Source of the DNA: Azolla caroliniana | Taxonomy: Eukaryota > Plantae > Polypodiophyta | Assembly: GCA_043228905.1 (NCBI GenBank) | Contig: JBHGNT010000003.1 | Span: 12,772,001-12,836,000, forward strand | DNA: 64,000 nt | Direction of reading: 5' to 3' | In this document: positions 34,101 to 47,407 of the stretch, piece after piece | Layout of the letters: the number at the start of each line of letters is the position of its first letter | Position numbering within the stretch: position 1 is the stretch's first letter | Translations under genes and position numbers: made by a program | Notes under the pieces: generated by a model | What the model saw: only the letters and a program-made list of their open reading frames with translations | The model's database searches: none | What the model was told of the DNA's origin: nothing

Positions 34101-36924
34101 CGCTGTTCCTAGATTTACCTCTTCTAATTGGGACGCTTTTACGCGCTGGGATACGACCATTTCCCTTTCCAACGCCTCTTGCGCATGCCGTAACTCCCGG
34201 ATTTCTTCTTTATCCGGTTCCGTCTGGTTGCAGTAAGTAGCGTGATACCGCTTCCGCGACGTCAATTTCGAATAGGGGTACAATCTTTGGGTTCTCCAGC
34301 AAGTACTGCTCTTCTTCTTCGTCTGCTAATCCTTCCAGCATATTGACACACTCCACATATAACGGTGTCAGATCCTTGCTGGTGCCCTTCCTTGGTTGTG
34401 TTGGTACCTGTACCTTCGCTTTTCCCCGCCGGAACGTAATCATATTCCTCCTCCAGTCCTGCTTGATATGTGTCGTCTTTAACCAAGGGCGTCCCAACAA
34501 TAATGGGTACGCTCCTTGAGCCTGCAACTGGAGAACTACAGCTGAGATTCGGAATGTGTGGCCCCCGATGGCTACTTCCAAGTTCCATATTAATCCTGTC
34601 AGTCGCATCGAGCTTGTGTCCGCCATTCGGAGCCAGAACGGACATGGCTCCCACTCTTGGATTCCAAGAGCATCGCATGTCCGGAGGCTGATTACATTAA
34701 CGCCAGAGCGTCCCTCTATTATCGTATCGGGGATTTCTTTCCCTTTCACAATGGCCGTAATTGTCAGACTGTTGGTGTCCACCACGGCCGGTCCTTCTTC
34801 CGGATTTGAGAAGAATGCCGGAGCCGGTGGTGTTCCGCCTGTTGTCATGCCGGACTTGAGTCCTTCTGTGAATCTTGGTACTAGCTGCAAGAGTCATCCT
34901 AATGGTAGCGTGATCTAGCATTCCTCCAATACCTGCCATGTCACGTTTTCGGACTGACTGCCGCCGGCGAGCTCTTCAGTGTTCTCCTTCTGTTGCACGA
35001 GTTCTGCTACGTTTCACTCATTTGTCTTTTTCACCCATTCCGTTGCCTGTTTCCGGATGGCCTCTTGTGTCTCCCATTCCGTCGTCTTGCGCTTCGACCT
35101 TGTGGTGACCTGCTGGAGGTCTGCGACTTCAACGACTACCATGTTTACTGTCGGTCGTTTATCATAACTCTTTGCTGGACATTGATTACTATAATGTCCT
35201 TCTTGCCGGCAGTAATAGCAATATGCTTTCCGGGTGTTGCTGGATTTGGCATTGTTTCCTGTACCCGGTGGAGGACTTGTGGTAACCGTGGGGCTCTGGT
35301 TTGGTTGGCTGCTTGAGGCGCCTTATCCTGGTTCACGTGGGTGGCTCCCGTTTTTGAAATGCCGTTTTTTATTAAAGTTCTTTTTGTTGTGGTACCCTTG
35401 CCGGGGTTGGTCGTCATACCTCCCGTAATCTTCCCGTCGTTGGTGATACCCGGGGGAGTGATCCCGATTGTGATGCTCGTACCGTCCATTTTAATCTCGG
35501 CACTTGTCATATCTCTTGTACCGGTCATAGTTGTCTCGCCGATTGTCGTACCGGACATCTTGTGCCGGTCGATATCGCTCCTCTCGTCGCCAGCGTTCAT
35601 CTTCTTCGTCTCGCCTGCTACGTGGCTCGATTTGCCGGACTGGTGGAGCTTGCTGATTCAATAAGTTATATTCACACCGGTCCATCGTGTGGCTCGTAGA
35701 TTGGTAGAGTAAGCAGTGCGTCCGCATGGTGCACTCCACTGACGAGTGTCCAGAATTCAAGCAGGTCGTGCATTGGATTGCTTGCCGGAAACGAAGATCC
35801 TCATTGGTTGGTAATGCTCATTGGAGGGCTCCCATTGTTAGCCAAGAGCTCGTTTTCTCCATTTCTCTAACCCGGTCGATGACCTGGTTGACGGTACTTG
35901 TGCGAAAGTCGATGACCGTGCATACCATTCGTAGAGGTTCCCGGAGCGCGGCTAAAAATATAGCCCGCGTTTCTTCCTCCGGAGGTGCGCGGGTAAGCTG
36001 ACTGTGCATCCGTTGAGACCGGATGACAAACTGTGGGATGCTCTCCCCGAGGTCTTGCCGAATTGTATAAAATAAGCCTACCATTTCTCGCTGATCCACC
36101 TCCTTCTGGAAGAAGTGCAAGAATTTGTCTTTCAGGTTCGCAAAGGTGGTGATGGTGCTACGATCCTGCGTCCGGTGCCATCTGGCGGGCAGTCCTTCTA
36201 ATATCACGCCGAATTCGGCTATCTTAGATCGTTCCTCTTCTGCTGCGGTTAACCGTTATGACACATGGGTTTCTTCCCATGTTTGTTCAAACGCGTGAAC
36301 ATGCGCCTCCACGTCCGGGTCATCCCGATACTTGGAGTACTGGAACGGCATATCGTCGTCTGATGTCGGTACACGGCCTGGCAGTGTCGGTGGTCTTTCC
36401 TGCTGTTCCGTCGGCGTCTGAGGTCTTTGCCAGTCTTCCTTTGGTGTTGCCGGCTCGACTTCCGGTGTTGGAGGTTTTTTCCGGTGCACTTCTGTCTCCA
36501 GAGGTTGCTCCATGACGAGTGCCGGAGGTTCCCGGTCTGCCAACTCTAGTTCCAATGCCGGTAAGATATCCGACTCCTCGTCCTTCGGTCCTCCTGAGCT
36601 GTCGTTACTGCTGCGATAGTTTGTATGCGCGCTGTAACCCCCTTCCGAATCCGATTCCAACGCTGAAAATGCTTCGGATTCGCCGTCTCTTCCGGCCAAG
36701 GCCTGGAGAAGGGTTTCCGCTTCCTGGAGGTTGCTTAAGCTGCTTCCTTCGTCCGGGTAGGCGTTTTGTTGCAGACGGAGCGACTCCTCCGCCCGGATCA
36801 CTTTGGAAAATGATCGATCCGTTCGGATTTCTTCTGCTGCTTGCTGGAAAGCCTCTCGCCACCGTCTCCGTTCAGCAAGTCTTCCTGCTCTCTCCGTAAC
36901 CGGGTCGTCTGTTGGCCTAGTCAT
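31128..36924 (-). pseudogene. gag-pol: Disrupted gypsy gag-pol of element 4
   Basis: CCHC knuckles, protease-like IIEGRSGVNVI, RT VCVDYRKLN..FLDDF, RH YSTTEREALG, IN WGLDFIG..SDQGGHF..YYPQANGLAE, GPY motif. Confidence 0.9.
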
Positions 36925-36979
36925 CCATTCCTGCCGCTGTTCACTGCAATTATGCAGGAATCGTGGTCGCCAAAAACTG

Positions 36980-37442
36980 TGTTATTGCTAGGGCCGGACA
37001 ACAGCCTAACACAGGATGTCCACTTAAGACACGTCACCAAAGGGTGGTACGGCAGAATGACTCACGGCACAATGCTTAATTAGACCTTAATCGATTACTT
37101 AGCCATCCGTAATTAACACACGTAAGATATAACAATGAAAACAGAATGATAATCAACACTGGAAGATTAAGACAATAAGCTTTATTAATTATCCGCACTT
37201 GATTACATTGTAACCGGGCCTTTATATAGGTCTCCGGTGCGAAATACAAAACGTTGCCAACCGGCACCTTTACGGGATCGTTCCAGATCCGGATCGGCAT
37301 ACTGATTCCGGTCCATCCATCCACATCTTCTTACATAATAATATACATATATTAAGACTACTAATTACAACAGCTCCCGAATAACTATTCCTTTCACACT
37401 CTGGTTTGGACCTCCTTAAGCCTTCTTTGCCGGCCGGTAACA
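36980..37442 (-). repeat. 5' LTR of element 4
   Basis: Adjacent to the PBS; TSD TCACT at 37443-37447. Confidence 0.93.
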
Positions 37443-39123
37443 TCACTCATTTTCGGATTACAAGCTAACTTCATACACAATTGATTATCAGAGTGAAGGA
37501 TTAGCTTTGAAGTCTTAAACAAGTTAAGTTCTTCAAGTATGGAATGAATCCATATTCCTTCTATGGCAGCGAGTGCGGCAGCTACATATTCGGCTTCCGT
37601 TGAAGATAATGCGACCGTTGTTTGCTTCTTAGTCCTCCATGCTATCGCGGCTCCGGCGAGACAATATGCGAAGCCACTTGTTGACTTACGACCATCAACA
37701 TCCCCCCCCCAATCTGAGTCTGTCCATCCAGATAATTGTGATGGATTAGTCCATCCTTCAAGGTTCATGTTGATGGACTCGGATTGCGATCGGGAGTAAG
37801 TTAACACCATATCTTTCATTCATTTTAGGTAACGTAGTAGTCGTTTTAATGCTTTCCAATGTTTCGGTCCAGGGACGTGTACAACTAACAAGGTAGCATA
37901 TACATCCAAGAATTTGCTTGTAAGGAACATTCAGCATTTCATCTCACTCTTTGATAGTTCTAGGAGCATCTTCGATTGACAATTTGCATGTAGTTGACAT
38001 GGGTGTCGAGATAGGCTTGCAATTTAGCATGTCAAAATGTTTTAATACACTTTCAATGTATTGAGTTTGGGAAAGAGAAATGGGTCCTTTGGCACGATCT
38101 CTTTATAGGTTCATTCCAAGGAAATACTTCATTGGACCAAGGTTAGTTATTGGAAAAGCTTGTTGAAGTTCCTTCTTTGCAAGTTGTAGATACGCAAGTG
38201 AGTTGGCCAGTAGAGGTAAGTCATCGACATAAACACCAATTATGATGAAATTATTCTTAGCTCTTTTAATATATACATTTGGTTCATTCTTCAATCGTTT
38301 ATATCCATTGTTAGTTAGAAAATTATGAAGTCGATGATACCAAACTCGGGGAGATTGTCGTAGACCATATAAGGATCGATGTAGGCGACATACAACATTT
38401 GGTCAAGTTGACTCTTCAAAATGTGGTGGTTGTTGCATATAGATCTCTTCTTCGAGTTCTCTATGAAGGAAAGCGGTTTGAAAATCTAAGTGATGAAGTT
38501 CGAAATCAAGTTCGACCGCGAGAGAGACAAATATGAGAAATGTGATACTTCGCAATGTAGGGCTAAATGTATCTTTGAAGTCAATTCCAGGTATTTGCGA
38601 AAAACCACGAGCTACGAGACGAGCTTTGAAACGTATAATATTTCCAGTAGCATTGGTCTTCTTCCGAAGAACCCACTTACAACTAACAATTTGTTGATCA
38701 GGTGGTGGATCAACAAGGCTCCAGGTTTTGTTCTTTAATAAAGATGTCATCTCTTCTTCCATGGTTGCTCTCCATTTAGGGCCATCGGTACCGGACAACA
38801 CTTCGTGAACGGTAATAATTATTTCATTTGCGGTATCCGGTTCTTCTTCAAATATGAGAGCTTCTATATCGAGGTCCACAAAGTGTGCCTCGAATTGATT
38901 GAGTTCCTTATAGATATCGAACAAGGAGCGCCTATGACGAGGTGGTGAGTCGTTATCATATGAGTTTGGATAGTCTTGGGAGGATTGTGATTGTGAGTTG
39001 ATTAAAAGATCACCAGTGATGTCGGGTGAATGAAGATGAAATGGCGGAATGATTTGATAGGTTTGAGGGCTTTCAAGAGAATTTTTATTAGAATGTGAGA
39101 AATTGGATAAAGAGAGTGGTAAA
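37443..39123 (-). pseudogene. pol: Copia RT/RNase H fragment of element 5
   Basis: KARLVARGF, HLDFQTAFLH, YVDDL, WTDSDWGGD, LSSTEAEY; several stops. Confidence 0.88.
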
Positions 39124-39392
39124 TGTTAGGATTTCGGTCCCTCCGGATGGGATATGAGTACTCGGAAATGAACACCCGGTGAGAACCGGATGATGCAGAC
39201 CTAGGGAGAACCTCTCACCGAATGAAGGGACATATATGTAAATATGTTTCTAAGAGCCCATTGGGGCTATATTTGTAAATAGTCCTAAAGTCATATTAGT
39301 ATAAATATGACCTAGGGCAAACTATGTGTTGTGGTCATTTTATTTTGTATAGAGTTATTGGTGTAACTACGATACAAAATGTAGCAGAGGAA

Positions 39393-39476
<84 letters not shown>

Positions 39477-39729
39477 TCTTTGTTGTAATTGCTGCCAGGC
39501 GAAGATTGTAAGCACGAGGTCGTTGCCTCTGTGTTCCCTTGTTGTATTCTCCTTGCATAGTGAGAGTTGGAGTTTGGGGACTCCCGTGGTTTTTCCCGTT
39601 TAGGGTTTTCCATGTTAACATCCTGTGCATTCTCTTCTGTCTGTGTACTTACTTCTATTTCTTATCTTTCTGTGTTTGATTATCAAAATCTCGGTTGTGG
39701 CCGAAGATTATTCCGCATAGTTCTTGTCA
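39124..39729 (+). repeat. 5' LTR of element 6 (contains a long (GA)n tract)
   Basis: Its 3' half matches 56778-57060. Confidence 0.88.
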
Positions 39730-41534
39730 AACTAGTATCAGAGCGGAATGACACAGAAAATGGAAGATTCATTTGGTGCCATGTTCAAGCTCACCGGCTC
39801 TAACTACTCGTGGTTAAAGATGAGGGACATGCTCGTGGTTAAAGATGTTTGTTTGCCAATTCAGTTCGGGCACAAGAGACCGGACAAGATCGATGCCACA
39901 ATATGGGAGGTGATGCACATGAAGACAACGACGTACATACGGTGCTTCATCGACATGAGCCTGTACAACAACGACAATGACAAGAGCAAGGCTCATGAGA
40001 TCTGGGAGAAGATCGGCATTATGTTTCAGAACAAAAATGTTGTTAATCGGGTTTCGGTATTTCGGAAGCTAGTGAGGCTCCGGTATCAAGATGGCTCCAG
40101 TATGGCGGAGCACATGAATGCCTTCCAGGGCCTGATACACCAGGCAACCTCGTTGGAAGTACCTCTCACCGATGAGGTACTTGCTCTACTCCTGCTCGGT
40201 TCCCTCCCAGATAGCTGGGAGACATTAGTTGTCACTTTAGGCAACGCCGGGTCGGAAGGAAAACAATTATCCCTAGCAAGAGTCAAGTCGAGCTTGCTAG
40301 ATGAGGAGGCGCGTCGGAAAGACAAGGATACGAGCTCCGACTCCAAAGCGCTCCTTACCAAATCGGAATGCGGAAGACAAATGAATCGTAGTCCCCAGAA
40401 CCGGGAAAAGTCGGGGACACAGTGAAAGTCCTGGGGAAAGCCTACTTGCTTCTATTGCGGCAAGCCGGGACACTTCTAGAAGAATTGTTGGCATTTCCGG
40501 AAGGACAAGGAAACCGACAGTACCGATTCGAAGCGATGTTGCGAAAATATGAAGAGGATACGCGAACTTGAGGCCGCGACCAGAACATATCAGATTCGTA
40601 TGATTATATTAAACAATTAATACAAACTGAGAAAAATTCACAAATTTCATTAATAAAGGGAAAGAAAGGTTACAATCAATCTCAAGATTGAGATTACAAA
40701 AAGTTTAGCTAATGGAGATTACTAGAATAATAGATAAGAGGAAATTAAGATATGGATTGTATAGAGATTTAGGGTTCTTGGCTTTGATAAGAGATTATGG
40801 TTTTATGACTTGAATAGCTTCCCTATGGAAAATTTAGGGTTATGAGTAAGATATGGCTTCCGTAAGGAAATTATGGTTTTATGAGTTATGGCTTCTGTAG
40901 GGAATTTAGGGTTTTTGGCTCCCATAAGAAAATTAGGGTTTATGAGAGATATGGCTTCGATAAGATAAAGGAGCTAAGAAGGAAAAGAAAATAATATTGG
41001 AGAGAGCATGAGTGTAGGAAAAAAAATGGAAATTTATATGGAGTTCTCCCTTGATTATCTGCATGTCCACTTTTTGTTGCATGGCCTCTACTTTTAGTTG
41101 CTTAGCTTTTTCTTTTAGTTGCATCTATTTTTAGTTGCATGGCTTTTTCTTTTAGTTGCGTGCGACCGTCCACATGACCTTTACTTTAGTTTTCTTCACT
41201 TCACTTTAATTAGCCATATGATCCTTTTATCCATTCGGTTTGCATCCAGCCTCGTCTGGTCGCCGGTTCCGTTCAGTCGTCGATTGCCGCCGCCGGTTCC
41301 GTTTTGCTTACCGGCCGATTTTCGGTTTTGCTTACCGGACCAGTTCCGAATTGCTTCCCGGCCGGTTTCCGGTTTTGCTTATCAGCCCGGTTCCGGTTTG
41401 CTTCCCACCCGGTTCCGGTTTTGCTTATAGGCTGGTTTCCGGTTTTGCTTACCGGGCCTTCTAGATTGCTTACTAGCCGGTTCCGGTTTTTGGGAACTTA
41501 GCCACCATTATCCATCAAGACAAAGTGGCCAAAG

Positions 41535-44500
41535 TGAAGATTAAATCGTTGCCGGCCACAACCGGTTTTGCATGTGCGGAATAATAGTCAATCTAATGGA
41601 AAGGAAAAACAAAATACAGAAACTAAGAATGACACAGATTTTAACGTGGAAACCCGAACTGGGAAAAAACCACGTGGAGTCCACAAACTCCAAAACAAAA
41701 CACTATGAGAGAAAGGAATACAATCAGATATCTCAGAGGCAACAACCTCGAGATCCTGCTTCGCCAACAGGCGGCTATGGAGCTCACACGCTTCCACTCA
41801 CACTTGTTCACTCTCACAGTTACGGAGGCAACAACCTCGTCAACAACAACTTTAAAATAATGCACTTATCTAACATGATTTCCCTAAGTACTTATATACT
41901 AATGTAACCTTTCGACTATTTACAAGCTTAGCCTTCTGTGTTGGCTATCTCCACGATTTCCAGTTTCTTCTCACTTCCCATCCGGAGAGACCTATTTCCT
42001 AACAAACTCCCCCTTCACTCCGGCATGGGATGTCTTACTAGTCCGATCCACTTCTGACATGCATCCAGCTTGTCGGGTATCCGTACTTTGGTTAGCATAT
42101 CTGACCCGTTCTCGGCCGTGTGGATCTTCGTTAGTGCGAACTCTCGATCTTCTACTCGCTCCCGGATCTAGTGATACCTACGTTGGATGTGCTTCATACT
42201 GGAATGATACGCTGCATTCTTAGCAAGGTGGATGGCACTTTGACTGTCGCAATAGAGCCGGTATTCATCTTGCTGTATACCGAGCTCTCCGATGAAGTCC
42301 TTTATCCATAATATTTCCTTGCCGTCTTCAACAACCGCCATGTACTCCGCCTCCGTGGTTGACAACGCAACCGTCTTCTGCAGCCTCGACTGCCACGAAA
42401 CAACTCCCCCTGCATATGTCATTACATACCCGGATGTAGATCGGCTGGTATCCACATCAGCCGATATATCCGAATCGGTAAAACCGTCAAGTTGAGGTTT
42501 ACCAAAGCCGAATCCGAGACACATATTCGAAGTGCCCTTCAAGAACCGGAGTATCCATTTGACCGCGTTCTAGTGCTCCTTGCTGAGATTGCTCATAAAC
42601 CGGCTCACCACTCCGATTGCGTATCCAATATCCGGTCGAGTACACACCATTGTGTACATTAAGCTCCTTACGGCAGAGGCATATGGAACCTACATCATAT
42701 CAACCTTCTCTACTTTCGTCTTCGGGCTTTGCTTACCGGATAATCTGTAGTTTGCCGAGAGTGTTGATCCAACCGGTTTCGCTTCTAACATGTTGAACCG
42801 CTGCAACACCTTTGTCACGTACTTCTCCTGTAACAGCCACAATTGCTTCGTTGACCGGTCCCGGATGATGTGCATCCCCAGTATCTGTCTTGCATTGCGA
42901 AAGTTCGGTTAAGAGCCTTCTTCAACATCCGTATTTTGTCTTGGTCCCGTCCGACGATCAACATGTCGTCCACGTATAGAAGGAGTCGCCTCCTTCGAAC
43001 TTCTTCACAAACACGCAGTGATCGGTTTGCGTTTTGTGATACCCTTGGTTATTCATGAAGGAGTCGAACTTCCGGTACCATTGTCGGGGAGCCTGCTTCA
43101 ATCCGTAAAGGCTCTTCTTCAACCAGCAAACCAGGTGCTCCTTCCTTTTCTCCATGAATCCTTCCGGTTGCTGCATGTAGATCTCCTCTTCGAGGTCACC
43201 GTGAAGGAATGTCGTCTTCACGTCCAACTGCTCTACCTCGAGGTCCATGCTTGCCGCTATACTCAGCACCGTTCGGATGGAAGTCATCTTTACTACTAGG
43301 GAAAATATCTCGTCGAAGTCCACGCCCTTCTTCTGCTGGAACCCCTTCACCACGATCCTGGCTTTGTATCTCGGGGGGTTTCCGGCATCTCCCGGTTTCA
43401 ACATGTATACCCACTTGTTTCAGAGTGCCTGCTTTCCTTTCGGCAACTCCACTAATTCGTATGTATGGTTCTCATGCAGGGAATCCATCTCATCCTGCAT
43501 GACACTTAACCATTTGCGGCTATGGGCGTCACTTTTAGCTTCCTCGAAGCTTTTTGGCTCCCCCTAATTGGTTAGCAACACGTTCTCTGGATCCGGAAAT
43601 CTCTGGGGGGCCCTTCTCTCTCTGAGAGGATATCTGCGTCCTTGGCCTTCGGTAACCGGCTCCTCCATTTGCTCTTCATCCGAATCCAATTCGGGGTCTT
43701 GTCCAATTTCAGTTTCTCCTATTCCTTCTTCTTCGGTCGGTTTTGTCTCCTCACCGTCACCGGCCGGTTCATTGAGTGCTAACCGGCTTCTTGCCGGTTG
43801 GAACTGCATTTCATCAAATCGAAATTTTTCCTTACCGGTCGACTCGGAGTTCAATATCTTGTTTTCTGACTCCCAGTCAGCGAGCGTCTTGTCCTCCATG
43901 AAGATAATATTTTGACTCCAGAATACTTTCTGGTCGACCGGGTCCCACACATGGTAGCCAAACTCATCGTCGCCATAACCGAGGAATATGCATGGCCGGG
44001 TCTTCGGATCTAACTTTTCTCTCGGGTCCTTAGCTACATGCATGTATGCAAGACACCCGAATACCTTCAGATGCAGGTAGGACACTTCCTTACCGGTCCA
44101 GACTCTCTGCGGCGTGTCTCCGTCCAAGGGTACTGAGGGTGATTTGTTTATCACATATGTCGCAGTCGACAGTGCCTCAGCCCAAAACGTCTTGGGTAAC
44201 TTTGCATACGCCACCATACTCCGGACCCTCTCCATTATGGTCTGGTTCATCCTCTCAACCAACCCGTTTAGTTCCGGCGTCTTCGGCACAGTAAATTCGA
44301 GCCGAATTCCCTTCGAACGACAGTACTCCTCGAACTGCCCCCAGTATTCTCCTCCGTTATCAGCTCGAACCGCCTTCAGCTTCCGGCCGGTTTCTCTTTC
44401 CACTCTCGCGTGGAGCTCTTTGAAGACGGATAGGACCTGATCCTTCGTCTTCAACAGTGTGGCCCATAGCTTCAGGCTGTGGTCATCTATGAACGTCACG

Positions 44501-46506
44501 AAGTACTACGATCCGGCATGTGACTTCGTGTCCACTTGACACACATTAGTATGCACCAACTCCAGTGGTGCATTACGTCTCATCGGTGGCCTCGATCGGA
44601 AGGAGGTCCGGTTTTGTTTACTGGCCAGAAAATCAGTGCACTTCTCCAAGTGCATGTTCTTCACTGGAATGAGGTTGTCGTCTACAAGCCTCTTCATCCC
44701 CTTCTCGCTCATGTGACACAACCTCTTGTGCCACAACTCACCAGCAATGTCGGATGCCACGTTCACTTCCTCCGGACATAACCGAGCATTCATCAAGTAC
44801 AAAGTGTTGAATTTTCGGGCCCGAGCCACAATCAAGCTCCCTTTGCTGAACTTCATAACACCATTTCGGATGCTACCCATGTAGCCTTCATCATCTAGCC
44901 GACTGGCTGATATTAGGTTCAATCCAACCTCCGAAACATGTCGAACATCCTTCAGTAGCATCTTGCATCCGGTTGATGTCGTCAACCATACATCTCCTAT
45001 GCCAACAATTCGGCATGTACCTTTATTCCCCATCTGAACACGGCCGTGGTCACCAACCGAGTAGGATGAGAAGCATTTTCTATCCGGGGTCAGGTGGAAC
45101 GACGCTCCGGAATTGATCACCTAGGTCATCTCGTCACCGGCAAGGTTCAACTCACTCTCCTCGGTGATAAGCATTAGCTCCTCGTCATTTGCCGCGATTC
45201 CCGTCGTTCCTTTCCGGTCCTGCCCTCGCCGATCTAAACCGTTTCGGTCCGATGACTTCTTTGAATTAGTACTGTCAATTTCCTTGTCTTTCTGGAAATG
45301 CCGACAATTTTTGTGGAAATGCCCCGGCTTCTCGCAGTAGAAGCAAGTAGGCCTCCCTCTTGACTTTGACGGTGTCCCCGATTTTTCCCAGTTCTGGGGA
45401 CTCTGGTTCCTTTGTCTTCCACGTTCTGATTCGGAAAGGATCGCTTTTGAGTTGTGGATCGGTTCCTTGTCCTTCCGACGCGCCTCCTTGATCAGGATGC
45501 TTATCTTCATTGTCTACAAAACAAGTTCTCTTCTTGGCAGGAGGTGCTGAGAGTAACCACCAAGTTCTCCCAGCTTTCCGACAACGTACACATCAGCATG
45601 ATTGCCTGCATTGCATCATCCAAGGGGAACCTGATCGTTGCAAGTTGATTTACATACCCCATGAATGTGCTTATGTGTTCAACCATGCTCTTGCCGTCTC
45701 TGTATTTTAGGTTTACTACTTTCCTCATCAATGAGGTTCTGTTGAGCGCATTTTTCCTCTCATAAAGACCCGACAACTTCTGCCACATCTGGTGGGCATT
45801 CGTGTCGTTCGCCACGTGTTGAAGGACACTTACGTTGAGACACTGTCGTATAGTGGCCACGGCTTTCCTATTCAGAAGCTTCCAATTCGACTCCAATACC
45901 CCCTTTGGTATTTCCGATCTGTCGATTGGCTCGTACAAGTCTTTTACAATGAGAAGGACTTCCATCTTAATCTTCCAGTCTGCATAGTTTTGTGAATTTA
46001 GAACCATCATACCTGGGAAGCCACTCCCGCCTCCTTCCATTTTCTGTGTTACCTGCTCTGATACCAGTTTGAAGTTAAAATCGTTGCCGGCCACAACCGG
46101 TTTTGCATGTGCAGAATAATAGTCAATCTAATGGAAAGAAAAAACAGAATACAAAAACTGAGAATGACATAGATTTTAATGTGGAAACCCGAATTGGGAA
46201 AAAACCACATGGAGTCCACAAACTCCAAAACAGAACACTATGAGAGAAAGGAATACAATCAGAGATCTCAAAGGCAACGACCTCGAGATCCTGCTTCGCC
46301 AACAGGTGGCTATGGAGCTCACACTCGGTCACTCTCACAATTACGGAGGCAACAACCTCGTCAACAGTAACTTTACAATAACACACTTATCTAACATGAT
46401 TGACCTAAATACTTATATACTAATGTAACCTTTTGACTATTTACAAGCTTAGCCTCATCAACACGATTCTTCTCACTTCCCATCCAAAGGGACCTGTTTC
46501 CTAACA
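41535..46506 (-). mobile_element. Degenerate Ty1/copia element 8
   Basis: LTRs 41535-42004 and 46070-46506, TSD CAAAG, iMet PBS, PPT; gag-pol 46040-~42015 broken by stops. Confidence 0.95.
42015..46040 (-). pseudogene. gag-pol: Disrupted copia gag-pol of element 8
   Basis: CFYCEKPGHFHKNC, INSGASFH, RADNGGEY, QLDVKTTFLHG, FTDSD. Confidence 0.9.
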
Positions 46507-47407
46507 CAAAGTTCTCTTAGCACAAATGAAAAATGAGGGATCTCAATGTGCTTATATAGCGAGGGCCTTAAGTTTCCTATCTATGTGGGATACTTCAAAT
46601 TTCTATTTTCCCTATCTTCTCAAACATCCATCTTTCTATAACATGCCATTAAGCTAATATAAAGTACTTATTTTATTATTTATTTTTTTACATAGTGTGA
46701 GAAGATTCACACGACAGTGCTCACCGAACCGGAACGGTAAAAACCGGAGGGGACCGGACCGGAAGAAAACGACGGCAATCGCGGCAAGTGAACAACAGTT
46801 GATGCTCATCACCGAGGACAGTGAGTTGAACCTTGCCGGCGACGAGACAACGTCGGTTGTCGATTCTGGAGAGTCGTTCCACCTAACCCCGGTCCGGAAA
46901 TGCTTCTCATCCTACACAACTGGTGAGCACGGTTGTGTCCGAATGGGGAATGAAGGTACATGCCGAATTGTCGGCATAGGAGATGTGTGGTTGACAACGC
47001 CAACCGTATGCAAGCTGCTAGTAAAGGATGTCTGACACGTTTTGGAGGTTCGACTAAACCTAATATCATTCGGTCGGCTAGACTATACAGGCTACACTGG
47101 TAGCATCCAGAACAGAGTCATGAAGTTCAGCAAAGGGAGCCTAATAGTAGCTCAGGCCCGGAAAGTCAACACTCTAAACCTAATGAATGCCCGGTTATGT
47201 CGGGAAGAAGAAGAAGTGAACGTTGCATCCGACATTGCCGGTGAGTTGTGGCACAAGAGCCTGTGTCACATGAGCGAGAAGGGGATGAAGAGGCTTGCCG
47301 ATGAAAACCTCAATCCGGTAAAGAACGTGCATCTTGAGAGGTGCACCGACTGCCTGACCGGTAAGCAAAACCGAACCTCCTTCCGATCATGGCCACCGAT
47401 GAGACGT

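Larger units (their letters stand above)
27415..37442 (-). mobile_element. Ty3/gypsy non-chromovirus element 4 with an extra 3' ORF
   Basis: 463-bp LTRs 27415-27877 and 36980-37442, TSD TCACT, PBS TGGCGACCAC (tRNA-Arg-like) near 36963-36972; gag-PR-RT-RH-IN order. Confidence 0.95.
40537..46716 (-). mobile_element. Probable solo LTR (element 7, ~1.2 kb without element 8) related to the element 9 LTR
   Basis: TG..CA ends; interrupts element 6 gag; its minus-strand start tgtcgtgtgaatcttctcacactatgtaaaaaa resembles element 9 tgtcgtagtgtaattcgcacactacgtgaaaaa; TSD degenerate (gcga/gtgc); internal ccggttttgctta repeats at 41260-41490. Confidence 0.65.
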
